Assembly (NCBI GenBank): GCA_951406725.2
Contig: OX597836.1
Span: forward strand, 19,654,001-19,718,000
From: Octopus vulgaris
Taxonomy: Eukaryota
Reading direction: 5' to 3'
DNA length: 64,000 nt
Position numbers and translations under genes: made by a program. This document shows positions 24,802 through 38,648 of this stretch, in pieces; position 1 is the first letter of the stretch; each line of letters begins with the position of its first letter. Under the pieces are notes generated by a model. The model was not told the DNA's origin. It made no database searches and saw only the letters and a program-made list of their open reading frames with translations.

Positions 24802-27800
24802 AAAATTATTTTACTAAATTTGATAATGATGAAAAGCAGTATATTTCTACAAAAATAGGGTAATGAAAGGGTTAATTTCTTATGAAATTCTCATAAAAGA
24901 CAACATAAAAAATAGACCAATTCAAAAAGCGGGGAAAAAAATTCTTGCAGCAAACTTATTCCTTGTATTTTAAAAGTTTTTCTCTTTGCTATTTGCTGAT
25001 GTAAACTGTTACTATATTCTTCAGATTCTTTTCTTCCAATGTAAATAAAAAGTCTAGATGGGAATCTTTGCAGTTTAGTCTCATCATACTTGCATAATTT
25101 CATCTTCATCACAGTCCAATGGCTTCTGTAGCTTATTGTTCAATTGGTGCAGGACTGTTTAAACAGATTCAGGTTGGGTACAATCATTGTTTTAGAAGGT
25201 AAGATAAAGGAACAGAAGCCATTTAGTCATTACACTCCATCCATCCCTCAGTAACAACTACCATCTGAACCCTGAGGGCCTCCCGGTCTGTTGCTTGCAA
25301 ATACTTCAGCCATGTTGCCAGATAACTAAACTCACCCCACAACCTTTGGAGACTTTGAAAAAGCCATAGGTAGAACTCTTTCACTTTCTAAGAAAACAAA
25401 AAGTAAATATTTTGGCTAGGCAAAGAACCCGTGAGAATTAAGTTAAACAACCTCCAATACAACGTCAACAAATATCTTCATAGCACAAGACAAAGTCATT
25501 TTATTAAACAAGAGCAAAAAAGTATTAAATTTAATATAGCAAGTATTAAAAAGTTAATTAGGAAATTAATAGGCTGTGCATCAATGACTGCTATTTTAAT
25601 TATTTCAGCAAATATGGGAAACAACTTTGGACAGATCTTGCTCTAACTGGAATTCAAAAGATCTTTAGGACATCCCAATATATCTGTAGACCCAAATGTC
25701 ACAGTGCAAAATTGTACTTGCTCTTATGAAAAAGAATAAAAGATAAATCAATCATAATTCTATGACTCAAATTCAGTGAATGTATCCATTTTTGTAGGGG
25801 GAGGCCCTAACAACATAAAAGTACAGTAACTTTTCAGAGATTAACAAGAAAACTATACACACTGCAAACAGTTTTTTTTTCATATCTTCTGTATTACTGC
25901 TATGACCTGGACAGGGTTTTCATATTGAGAACACCGTCTAAACAGAAAAACCAGTGAAGCAAATGTGCCTACTGAACAATTTGTCAATTTGCTTCATGGT
26001 TCACTTGGCAGATTCTAGAGGTAATAATAATAATAATTCAATAGGCAATGAAATGGTTAAACACCAGAGCTGATGACTCACCATGGTCTATACATAACCA
26101 CCATGGTCTGCTACATACAAAAGGAACATTTAGGGCTTACTTGCTGTATGTTTGTTGAGAATACACATGGACAAAAATACAGCTGAATATTTGGAATTAC
26201 CTTAATATTTCTGCTTCCCTGCTCCATGTATAAATTTTAGATATATCAAGGAGACATTGAATAATAATTTTTACTACTGTAAGCAGAGGGCCTGATATTT
26301 TGGGGGAAGAGGCTAGTCGATTGTATTATACTGTAATAAGTACCAGGTGGAAAGATGGTTAAGAGAAAAAGGAAAAAAAAAAACTATGACTTGCATAGGC
26401 ATGCTCAGGTCTCGCTGACATAATCAGTCAGTTTAGTTTGCAGTGTGTAATGGTGGTGAAACAGATTTTATAATTATTGCTGATGGGTAGGGGAGGAAAA
26501 GCAGAGACTACAGAAAATGCAAAATGAAATGCATACGACACACTTTCGACTAATGTGAAAAAAAACCCACCAGCAGTAAGAATGTTTTACTTTTGACAAG
26601 ATCATAATGATTGTCACACCTAATTTGACCCATCTAACCCATACCAACAAGGAAAAGTGGGCCAAAAAAAAAAAAAGCTTATATTTTACCTGGTACCATC
26701 TACAATTCCAAATATGGGGAAATACTGAAATTTGAAACTGTGACATTGATACTGCACAAGGATATTTTCCATTATGGTGAGCAACTATATTAGCTAAAAA
26801 TAACTGCTAAAGTGAAGAAAGTGTAAGAACTAGAGGCTAATCAGTTACTAATCAAATAGAAAATATGAGTGACATTTTCAGGATTTGTTAAAAACTGCCA
26901 AGTCCTGGGACTAACATGGCAATAGAGGTGATTTTAGATCATCTCTCAGTCTGCAAGAAATATAAATTTATTATCACCATTGTTTAACTCTTTAGCATTT
27001 AGTCCAACCTCATACAGCCCAAATATTCTACCTGTTCTATGTTAAAACTGACCAGATCAGGCCTTTCACACCTACCCAGAATGTCACTCAAAAAATATAC
27101 AACAATCACATCATTGAAATCTCAAAGCTACATGATAATGCATGAGGGCAGTCTCAGGCAGTTTGGTATCAAAAGAGTTACATGCAATGTTCTGCCTTGA
27201 AAATCATTAAAAAAAAAAAAAAATTCACCAATATTTGCCTCCTGCTTAAAAAAGAAAAGGGTTCATATTTAAATAGGTTAGGACCAACATTCAGACTAAG
27301 AACTGAATAGTTGCTTGTACAAACAAATATTTATCTAGCAATGATACCGATATAGCCTCCTGTTCAGGTGCACCACTGCACTAACAAGTTTTCTTCATTA
27401 CCAATTACTGCTCGTTATCTCTTTCCTCATTTTTCTTTTTGGTTCATAAATCAAAGGTGTAGGCATGGCTGTGTGTTAAGAAGTTTGCTTCCCAGCCACA
27501 TGGCTTTGGGTTCAGTCCCACTGTGTGACACTTCAGGCAAGTGTCTTCTGCTATAGCCCTGGGGGGCCAACCCAAGCCTTGTGTTTGGATTTGGTAGATG
27601 GAAACTGGAAGAAGCCAGTCATGTGTGTGTGTGTGTACACTTTTGTGTCTGTTTGTCCCTCACCCCTTGACAACCGGTGTAGGCGTGCTTACGTCCTCAT
27701 AACAAATGTGGCAAAAGAGACCAATGGAATAAGTCCTGGGGTTGATTGGTTCAAATAAACCCTTCAAGGCAGTACCCCGGCATGATAACAGTCAAATGAC

Positions 27801-28819
27801 TGAAACAAGTAAAATATTTTTTCAGGTTGAGTCCCATTTAATGGTTTCCAATAGTTGCACAGAAGCATCAAACAGCTTCTGTGTGCATGTATCAGTGTTA
27901 TATTTCTTACTGTATAAAGAACGATCCTAATGCAAACCTTGTTTAGACACAAAGCATAAAATAACTGTTGTTATAAACTAGCATTTGACATGGGAGGGAA
28001 AGACCTGTAAGGACAGAAAAGGGAACAAATAAATTGCTATGCTTAACCATTTTGATACCAATCTGCTTCAGACTACCTCAGGTTCTCTGATACAAATTTC
28101 CTGTTTTAACCCATTAGCATTTGAATTATTCTATCAAATGTAACACTTATTCATCATTTTGAATTTATTGAGCATTATCTTGTAGCCTTGATTCTGATGT
28201 GACTGTAAATTGTTTTAGTCTAACATTGTAGGGTAGGCACGAGAGGCTGGATCTGGCAAGTTTCAACATAAAACAGGAAGAATATTTTGGTCGGATGTGG
28301 TTGGTTTAAATGCTAAAAGGTTAAAGTGATCTAAATCAAAACCTTCTTCCATCAAAATTTCATTTTAATTAATGTTCCATACACCATATTTATAATGAAA
28401 AATTTTATTAAATTCTTCATTATTTTCAAAACTAATCGAAACAAAAGCAGTGTATTTCAACAGAAATACATTAAGGAGAAGTAACTGAGAACCCTTCTTC
28501 TGTATAGGTACAAGCAGACATTGTTGTGTGCAAAGTAATCAAGATTACAACAGATCTCTACCTGGAGCTGTTTATACAACCGACTTTATGATCAATGAAT
28601 GACTGTTCTTGACCAAGGAGTGTAGCTGATAATTAGATTGATCACTTGAAACCTAATTTAGGTCTCAATGAGTAACCATATTTTATCTTACACCCAACAG
28701 GAATACAACTGACTATACACTTCTAACAAAAGTTTACATTGAGCATGTTTACAGTTTTTAATTAGAGAAACAAGAACCAGGTCTCCAGTTCAAGAATAAA
28801 TTCTTCCTATTTCTAACCA

Positions 28820-29025
28820 GTCTTGGAGGCTCAACGAAAGACTATGGAATAAGCTGCCGGACAAGATAGTGAAGATGCCGACGACCGCTCGGTTCAAAGT
28901 CTCTCTTGACCAGAAATGGCCTGAACTCTTTGCATGAACACCCTCCCTCTACATAACTCTATGTCCCCCTACATGGCCTTGCTTTTTGCTTTTTGAGCCA
29001 AAAAATTACCTTAACTTAACTACCT
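28820..29025 (+). mobile_element. CR1/L2-like LINE 3' fragment
   Basis: Encodes WNKLPDKIVKMPTTARFKVSLD (WNxLP..FK..LD C-terminal motif), short repeat tail. Confidence 0.7.
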
Positions 29026-29390
29026 TTCTCCTAGAGAGAGAGAGAGAGAGAGAGAATTATAAACAATAGGATGAAATCTGAGATCACTGACAATTTTTTT
29101 CCAGTAGTTTTATAATAGTGCTCTTTAGGTTTTTGAGTGAGACAAATTCAGTATAGTCCCCATTTATCAGGATATAATGGACTGAATGGTTAAGTTAAAG
29201 CATGGATGACTTTCATCTAACCATCATCTCTTGGAAGTTCATGTTTCATATTGGTATGAGTTGGACAGTTTGAAAGGAGTCAATAGGTCCACTGACTTCA
29301 AGCTTCATCATCTGCTTTGGCATGGTTTCTCAAGATGAATGTTCTTCCTAACATCAACCACTTTTACAGCACTCTGCACACTTTATTCAT

Positions 29391-29760
29391 TAAATCCACT
29401 TTAAAATATCAGGATATAAATTTTAAAATTCAACAGAAAAAGAGGTGACTTTATACTAGGAAATAAGATAAGATGATGGAAATAAAATTGATAGATAATC
29501 CCAATTTTGGTTCTACTATTACATGAAATCCAGAGTTAAGTAGTTCCTTTTCGTTTTTCTTAAATCCACTAATATCAGGATATAAATTTCAAAATTCTAC
29601 AGAAAGGGAGGTGACTATACTAGGAAATAAGATGATGATGGAAATAAAATTGATAGATAATCCCAATTTTGGTTCTACTATTGCATGAAATCCAGAGTTA
29701 AGTAGTTCCTTTTTGTTTTTCTTAAATCCACTTTAAAATATCAGGATATAAATTTCAAAA
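29391..29760. repeat. ~165 bp tandem duplication (about 2.2 copies)
   Basis: TAAATCCACT..AATATCAGGATATAAATTT recurs at 29391, 29561, 29723. Confidence 0.9.
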
Positions 29761-31544
29761 GTGGCTCAAGTACTCAGTGTCACAATTGTTTCAAGCCCAC
29801 ATGACATCTGACAATTTCCATGTAAAAATACAAAGCCATCTCTGTTCAACACCCACAAGAGCACTGATAGAATATATAACACCATGTCACTGATTTTCCA
29901 GGAACTTGTATGCTTTAGTTTTCAATATGTTGACCTAGTTATTTCAGACAGAACTTCAAGTGCTCTGCTGAAATGAGTTAACAGATGAACGCTTTAAACC
30001 AAGCCTGGCTAACTTGAATTACATTGCAGGCCACTTTAATCACAGAAAGTTTTGTGAGGGCTGCTTGTATACTAACAAAATTGAAAGCATTTTGCTTCCT
30101 CATGCTATTATTACAATAACGAATGATTGCTGATTCAACACTAAATATTTTGTTGCAAAAGCAATAGTATCTTTCTTTATTATTTTTCATTACAACCTTT
30201 AATTTTTGATAAAAGCTTTTAAATATTTATTTAAATAAACCCATTTCAAGAAAGTATCAAGCAGGCCGCAAGATAAAAGTCTGTGGGTCTCAGGTTGGGT
30301 AGCCTTGCTTTAAGCCAGTTGGTCAAATTAACATGAACTCATGATTACAATACTTTTAAAACCATTCCACTTCCTTCTTTGCTGTTGATCCAGCAGAATA
30401 TCTAGGCTGTGAGTTGGGGCGAGTGGCAAGAGAGAAAGACAAGGGTTGCATCGACACTTGGCTGCTATTCATTTTCTAGCTGAATAGAATTTAGTGAAGT
30501 GGCATAAGGGAAGTGCCTTGCTCAAGGACACAATGCACTATGCAATCTAGGAGTCAAATCCAAGATGGAAACATTAACTGATGTAGTCCTAGATACATTA
30601 TGGAATATAACGATATAATTGTACAGTTTTAAATTCTTATGATGTCATCATCACCATCATATCAATGTCTACTTTTCTAGGCTTGGATGGGTCCAAAGGA
30701 ATTCATTGAAGCAAATTTTCTAATTGGATGTCCTTCCTGTTGCTAACCCTCACCTGTTTTTAAATAGGCCAATATTTTCCCTTGACTGAATATGTTTCCA
30801 CAGAAGAGTGGAAACATAGGTTACAGTTTGAATGATAGTGACACACACTTACATCACAATGTTAGGACATAGAGGCACACATATGATGGGCGTCTTTCGG
30901 TTACTGTCTACTAGATCCAAGCACAAGGCTTGTCGGTTTGATGCTATAGTAGAAGATACCCAAAGCGCCAGGCAGTGGGACTGAAACCATGTGAACTACT
31001 AAACTACACAACCACGCCCACTTGCACAGTGAGCACTTCTACAGACATTCCAGTAATGAGCTTGGGAATATTAGAAATACAGAGTTTCAAGTGCAAACAA
31101 AAGTGAAAGAAATATTTGGCCTAGAAACATAATCCCAGGCAAGTTTAGCAAGATATTCCACCACTACAAAACTGGTTTCCATAATTCATGATACAGAATA
31201 TCAACATCTTCAGGACCTAACTAGTCGCCATTAATAGGGAAGGAAAAAAAAATGCCCCAAAATATCGATTCCTTTGCGCTTCAAGTTTCAGATTTGATTG
31301 AAATTACTCCCACCACCATACTATACTTAGTACTTATTTCATGGATCCCAACGGGGATGATGTGAATTTTAATCATAGAGGACAGAAACTAAACACACAA
31401 ACAAAAGCTCAATTTGGAACCTGCACTGCCACACCAATCAGTAGGAATGCTCCGATGACGCAGCAAGAACTAAACTGAGATGGAAATTCATTCATACCCC
31501 CACCCTCTGAGTTTTTTTAACCATCACTCAGATTTTCAAAACTC

Positions 31545-31720
31545 AGGAGTACAACTTATCATACCAGAGGGCGCACACTCTCCTACCCTGATGTAATCTC
31601 CCGGGATACAGGCATCCAGCAACAGGACCTCCGTAATGCCATGATGGACCGTGAAGTCTGGCGTAGCATGGTAAATTCCACTGTCTCGACCACGGTCAAA
31701 CAATGATGATGATGATACCA
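31545..31720 (+). mobile_element. LINE 3' fragment (RTE-type) with (GAT)n tail
   Basis: Encodes RGRTLSYPDVISRDTG...LRNAMMDREVWRSMV then TGATGATGATGAT. Confidence 0.65.
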
Positions 31721-32461
31721 TCATAAAGGCATTAATGCCATTGCAAATATGTTTCGACCAATCAGCACTGGCTGGGTCGTTATGGTCGATGCAGGAAGTC
31801 TGCAAATTTTGTTAAATAGCTTGACCAAATGGTTCTGGAAATTTTGCTTAGTATAAAAAGCTGAAAAATTCAACTTCTGACAAGAGCCACTTTGCAAACC
31901 ACTCAAAGCTATGTCATATTGCTCAGTGAGTCTGTCTCACCTTTATTCTTTACTTTTCCTCATTCAAAATGTTTATTTCGTATTCGTCAAAAGGCAACAA
32001 CCTAAAATTGCAATGTTGAATCATGCACACAAACTTACAAGCAGTTTATTTAGACTCCAGTAATTAAGAACTACTTTCATAACCCTAACTAACCTCTTGT
32101 ATATCAGAAGATTCCCATCATGTTTGCTATCGTATGTTCCATTAAATTAAATATATCTACACGTGTAAATATAAGCAAAGGAGAATAATAGTATATATAA
32201 ACTCATTAGTGTTGTCATTCTCGTTTTCACATGCCCCTTACCTCATATTGCGAACAATTAGCCATGAATTAATGAATTAAAACCAACACTAAAATATCGA
32301 TCCATTAGCCTTTATTTGTTTGTCATTAGACTGCAGCCATGCTAAGACACTACCTTGGATGGTGTAGTCGAACAAATTTAAGTTTGGTACTTTATCGATC
32401 TTTGTTTCTGAACTGCTAACTTACGGGGACATAAGCAATGCCAATTTCCGTCTACCAAATT

Positions 32462-32870
32462 GGATCTTTTCGGTTTGAACGGCAGTTTTTTCTAGCGGTG
32501 TCATATGAAATTGTCACCCATAATTATGACCCTAGTATCGATCTATTGCATTTCAATCTGTTTTAGGGTGAGGGGTGGGGGAAGGGTATCTTTTTTTCTT
32601 CAGAAATGTAAATAAACCCAATCTGTTTCTTAAACGAGGGACATATTCATACGGCACAGAATGTGTTTTTTTTTTACCTCAACAGACGTCAGTGATTGGT
32701 TGAAATTGCAGAAAAAACAACAACAAATATCTTACAAACTATAGAATTTTCTCAATAAAGCCAAGAGAAAAAGATGTTTTATAAACACATTCTACCAGTA
32801 TACGAAGTTTAAAAGTGTTTAGTTAACTAGAAATTGTGTTGAAAAACTGCCGTTCAAACCGAAAAGATCC
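32462..32870. mobile_element. MITE with 29 bp perfect TIRs and 8 bp TSD (Merlin-like or MULE), inserted in a SINE
   Basis: GGATCTTTTCGGTTTGAACGGCAGTTTTT inverted at both ends; TSD ACCAAATT at 32454-32461 and 32871-32878. Confidence 0.88.
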
Positions 32871-34189
32871 ACCAAATTTACTAACATGCCATTGGTCAGT
32901 TAAGAGCTGTAGAAGACATGCACAAGGTTCGCGCAATGGGACTCAACCCGAAACCATGTGGTTGTAAAACTAGCTTAAACAACACAGCCATGCTTAAGCT
33001 TCACTGAAATAGTCTCGTCTTTATCTAGAATTAGACAGAGAAGGCACATTGGCAGAAAGGTGCATTTTAATTCCCTGGGGAAACTGTCGAAATTTCAAAA
33101 TCTTGTGGAGGATGTTGAAATCTCAGCACCACTACCCTACACACACACACACCAAACTGCAACTTATAAGAAACCAAGAACTGGAAGAAGCCTATCACAA
33201 TAATCACAGAATAACTTTTTATCTACAGAGAATAATCTTGATACAAAACAGATGTAATTAGGCTGTCACTAAAAACCTTTTATATATCTTCAATAGCCCT
33301 CGCCCTCTTCGCGCACTCAGTAAATATTCTTCCTATGGCACTAATTATTGAAACACTTAAGATAAACAAAAATCACCTCCTGCTCATCTTTAAAAGAAAC
33401 TGAAAGGTAAACTGGAAAATTACACCTAGATGAAAGTAAACGGTTAAAAAAAAAGTCATAATATGACAAGTGTGTGTGTGTGTATGTGTATATATATAAT
33501 AGCGAATTCTTGACATAGTTTCACGACTATTGTTGGAGGAGAGTGGATTGACGAGTGAAACCAGTTTGGGGTTGAGGATAGAAGGAGGGGCGTGGTGAAA
33601 GAACGGTGAGTCAGAGTAGGAGGAAGGAAGGGAAGACAGTTATTAAAAGGGAAACGTTGGAGAAAGAAGAATGGAAAGAGGGAGAGAAAGAAAACAGCAT
33701 ACTACCCCGCCCCCCACTAAAACACCCACGCAATGTCCGTCAACAAGAAATTTTTACCAGTTTTTTTAGAATATAAAATCAAATAAAGACAAAGAATTTG
33801 TTCTACTGTGCCCGGTACCATCGTACCACCACCACCACCGCATCTCGGCAATGTGTGGGTATATGTGGTGGCCGCTGACACTAAACGATGGCGATGGTGT
33901 CAGCCGAGAATTATCTTGCTCCAGTTACTGTAACTATAACACAAGTTTTGGAGGGAAAAAATATGACTGACAACCGACCAGAGATAAATCACCAAATAAC
34001 TATTTTTCGCATCCTATATCACACGTGTGCACAATGTGTGTCTGTGTGTGTGTATATATATACATACATATATATTAAAAATGGGGAAGACCTGTCCATA
34101 AAAGGTTTAGTTTTATGACATATCGTCAAATCCCAAAAACCTGAAGGCCCATCTTAGAGTGTGCTTCTTTTGGATTTGTTTTTTTTACA

Positions 34190-34244
<55 letters not shown>

Positions 34245-34349
34245 CGTGACCGACCAGGCTATCAGATGTTGCTACACATTGCTGGTCACAATGCGCTTTG
34301 CATTGTTTTAGCCTTCAAATGACGCCACCCCGCTGGCTAAGCGAGCAGG

Positions 34350-34385
<36 letters not shown>

Positions 34386-37294
34386 TATTGCCAATTAATA
34401 AAAAAAAGTTACATTTAGGACAGGCTCAAGATACCGGCAACTCGGGCAGTCGCACGGGACGGCATGTGCATTTTAGTCAACATTTTCAGTTTTTCTCCTA
34501 GTGAAAGTTTCAAAAAATTATACTTGTAAAGGCACCGAAGTTCAGCTTGCACTGGGCGCTAGCAACCAACCCTAGGGCCGGCCCTGGTTACACTGAACCT
34601 CATCTCTAATGACAAAAGATTTCGTCGAATATGCTCCTACACCATGTGTAAGCTGCTAATTATAATTAGTAATAAACAACAGTAGCAACTCACTCCAGAT
34701 GTTTTAATTTAACAAACGGTGAAAAATAAGGGAGGGGGCGAGGTCTTGAACCTACTCTTGCCGATTTAAATGACAAAAAAACTTTTGAAAAGTTTCGTTT
34801 CTTCAGCAAAACCTGTTGATTAGTCAGCAACTAATCACTTTCACAGAGATCTTTAAAAGGCATGACTTGCAATATATATATATATATATACCCACGCGCA
34901 TGCATAGGATGTATAAACGCATGTCTACTGCGCACCCTGCAAATTTCAATGGATCCAGTGAATACCAGTAATACCCCCGTCTATACACATAAAATATTAA
35001 AACCTTCCATTAAATAGGTAATCCAAAATACTCAGGATGACAATTACTAGAATGATAACACCTAATCCATCGTCCGGTTTAAGACCACCTTCTCGTGCTT
35101 GGAAGTACTGCATTTAGTAGAGACCACTCTTTTGTATGTATTGAAATCAGATCTTTAGTTTAAAAAGATACTTCTTTTCTCTCTCTATCTCTCTGACCAG
35201 TTTCAGAGGCCCCTAAAAGTATCAAAGGCTTTGCTTTTCCCTATGTCTAAAAGATAAACACACAGAATTTAGCACCCATATCAACCCTGATTAAGCGAAT
35301 CCATGATCAAAATCCTAGAAGCCACGAATCATCCTCTCTTTTCACACTATATACAGAAGTGTAACTATTAAATGGATTCCGCTACCTTTTTTTTGTTAAG
35401 GTGTAAGTAGAGAGAGAGAAGAGAGAGATTTGGCTGCTGTTTCTAGCAGTGATGGCCCGAACAATTGTATTTATTGTACTGGATGAAGAATCCAGATTGA
35501 ATCCATCATAGTAAACTACTGAAGCGCACAGGAACAGTTTCACAAGAGAGGTGGAGAGTTATCTATGTGATAATAAAAACCCGGTTTAGAAAGTCTATCT
35601 CTGGAGGAATTGGTCAAATAATAACACTAACCAAATAACTGATCTTTCACAGAAATCGATCAAAGAACAGTATTGGTTGTATTGAACACAATTTTAATGG
35701 AACTAGTGACATATGTAACAGAATAAACCATCACTGATCGGGTATTATCACCACAGCCCAGTTTATAGTAAACAAACGAATTTATAAATAAGGCAAAGGC
35801 AAAATAAAACGAGATGTGGAGCTAAGGTTTAAAATATATGTGTAGCAGATGTGGAAAAGGAAAGAAGAATAAAGCCGAAATCTAAAGATTAATAAATACG
35901 CGAAATATATAGAGAGAGGAAGCTACCCGGAATAGGCAGACATTTTAGACTAGGATTTACCAACTGTTTGAACTGTGGTGGAATTGTAGCGATGATGAAA
36001 TAGACATTAACTGAAATAGAAACGATTATAAATAGTTTTGAAAAAAATTAACCCCCCCAATATATAAATAGCTTCATTTATTGCAATCTCAAATATTTCT
36101 TAATGCAGATGGAAGCTCGTGTCAATGCACGGCAATAGTGAACAGACATTTATTTATAAAGCGGTACCTGGGTATATATTTATGGAAATGTTATAAATAT
36201 AATATGATAAAACTGCTCCAGAATTGCGTTTAAAATAATAAAAATACAATCTAGTTTCTGTTAAAAATCCAATATTTTTTCTTTGTAAAAAATATTAAAA
36301 GGCCAAAATCTGCAATGATTAGCAGATAATTTATATGAAATTATGAGGATAAAAAAGAAAAAACCGTTGACGGAGGAAGATCATATATAAATAGAATCAG
36401 GTTGAGTCAGGGGAAGAGAAAATACATTAGTCGGGGGAGGGTTATTTTCGGCAAATGATGTAAAAATGATTGCAATTTTGCAGCCACAAAGCTAAATGTT
36501 ACCACAAACAAAATTGCAGTAGTGTTTGTAAAAACGCATATTTGCTAATGACTTAATTTGTGTATGTATATATATATATACACTCAATTAGGTAGTGTTC
36601 TACGTCTATATTATTGCTTTGGTGCTAAAACTCTAATTAAAGTTATGTATATAAATATATATATATATATATATATACTCAATTAGGTAGTGTTCTACGT
36701 CTATATTATTGCTTTGGTGCTAAAACTCTAATTAAAGTTATAATTGGCAGCAAGAGCTTTGGTTAAAGGGGTATTATTAACAACGGGCACTGAATGTATA
36801 ATTTAAATTTAATTAAGCAAAAACAAAAAAACCCTCAGTGGTGTTGATGTGACTTCAGGGAGTCTGACTATAAATATTAAGATTGCAAAAATATATATTA
36901 TTTTCATTATGAAGAGGTAACTAGAAATAAACAGACAGGTAAATACCATCTTAATGAATATTGCTTTTATTATCCCATATTTAAATTGGCCTTTTGATTG
37001 AGCAGTTACTCGTGGGTAGCACATTCATAAATGTGTGGGACTTAATATAGGTAAAAGCGCAGTCAAAATACTAATTTGAATTGAGGACCATAAAAGCGAA
37101 GTACGCCTCTCTTTCTATCTATATATATACATACATATATATATATACACACGTATTTATATATATATATATACACACACAAACAATGGTGAGATACAGT
37201 ACAACCCGGGTGTTTAAATTCAAAAGGGAACTCGATACAAAGTTTTTTGCCCCCCTCCAAACAAGGAAATAATTAAAGAGAAATCACAACTTAC

Positions 37295-37710
37295 TTGGTA
37301 AGCCATTCATCGGCCTCGGCCTTGTATTTTCCCGATTCTATTTGTAAACGTGCTTTCTCCTTAGCCATTTCATCCAGCAGTTTCCTGGCATCGTTCAGCT
37401 CAGACTCGTACAAAGATTTGATGTTTGTTACCTCGCGAGATACGGTTTCCTCGGACGACCGAACCTGGACCATCAACCGACTGTTCTCGGTTTCCAATTG
37501 ACGCACCCGATCGATGTAATTAGCAAGACGATCATTGAGACTTTGCAGTTCTTCTTTCTCTTGTATACGAGATAGCCTGGCCGGGGATGGAGCCCTGCTT
37601 CGACGAAGAAACGACGGCGAGCCGGAAGATGTACCGGCACTATCGGCTTCCCCAGACGCGGACGACGATATTGTCGTCGTGGTTATGGTTTTACGTGATT
37701 TCGTTGACAT
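37295..37710 (-). CDS. LMN: Nuclear lamin (B-type-like), coding exon 1 (head, coil 1A, start of coil 1B)
   Basis: ATG at 37710; translation contains [35 protein letters not shown] (lamin CDK1 SP site + LNDRLA coil 1A motif); donor GTAAGT at 37294; 416 nt, ends phase 2. Confidence 0.96.
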
Positions 37711-37899
37711 GTTTGTTTATGGATGATCAAAGAAAATGTGTTTGGTTTCCAAAAATTAATCAAGAGTTGTCTATTTTAGCAGACAGTGGTTCGGGGGATT
37801 GGAGCTTGGTGTAAAAGTGGAACGGCTAACGGGGTAACCATACACATGTAACACCTAAGAAAAAAACGGACAAACGTGCAACCCAAAACTTCACGACTA

Positions 37900-38120
37900 A
37901 ATTCAGTCGTGTAAAGAGGTTTTGGTTTTGGTTTTCTACGAGACTGCTGCCACGTGTGAAGAAAACGTCAATTAATCGAAGACAGTTTAAAGTCTGTTTG
38001 GAAGACTTTACAAAATCTCCAGCAGCTCACCAACACTAAACAATCATCAATTAGTGCAATATGGCGGGGCACATGCGCGCCTCGTGTCACGTGATAAAAC
38101 CGGCAACTTCAGCACGATCG
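37900..38120 (-). promoter_or_regulatory. Putative lamin promoter (CpG-richer patch with E-box, YY1-like and NRF1-like motifs)
   Basis: 200-400 nt upstream of the ATG: CACGTG (~37951), GTCACGTGAT (~38086), AATATGGCGG (~38058), GCACATGCGC (~38070). Motif matches only. Confidence 0.5.
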
Positions 38121-38140
38121 CTCACTCTCTCTTACCCTTT

Positions 38141-38400
38141 CTATCTTCCTTCCTCTTACCTTCTTTCTCCTCCATTTCCCCCTCTCGTTTATATGGATCA
38201 TTCTGTCTCTTTCTCACTCTCTCTTTCGCTTTCTATCTTCCTCTTACCTTCCTTCTCCCCCATTTCCCCTCTCGTTTATATGGATCATTCTGTCTCTTTC
38301 TCACTCTCTCTTTCGCTTTCTATCTTCCTCTTTCCTTCTTTCTCCCCATTTCCCCCTCTCGTTTATATGGATCATTCTGTCTCTTTCTCTCTCTCTCCCT
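38141..38400. repeat. Pyrimidine-rich ~87 bp tandem repeat, ~3 copies
   Basis: GTTTATATGGATCATTCTGTCTC recurs at 38187, 38274, 38361. Confidence 0.9.
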
Positions 38401-38609
38401 CTCTCTGTCAGTAACCAATTTCCTCTCTGGTTATATATATCACAGTCCCCCGTCCAGTCTCTCACTCCCTCTCCGTCCTTATACCACAGACCCTTTCCTC
38501 TCTCGTTATTGACACCTCCCTCTTTCTCTTTCACTCCTACCTCCGCACTGATTATACCATTGCCTTTTCGTTCTCTTTCTCGCCAGTATTCGCTCTTGTA
38601 TATACCATT

Positions 38610-38648
<39 letters not shown>

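Noticed and set aside
457-37710. Cytoplasmic intermediate filament rather than lamin
   Set aside because: Head CDK1 SP motif, KKRK NLS and lamin-type exon sizes favour lamin; CaaX cannot be checked (outside window).
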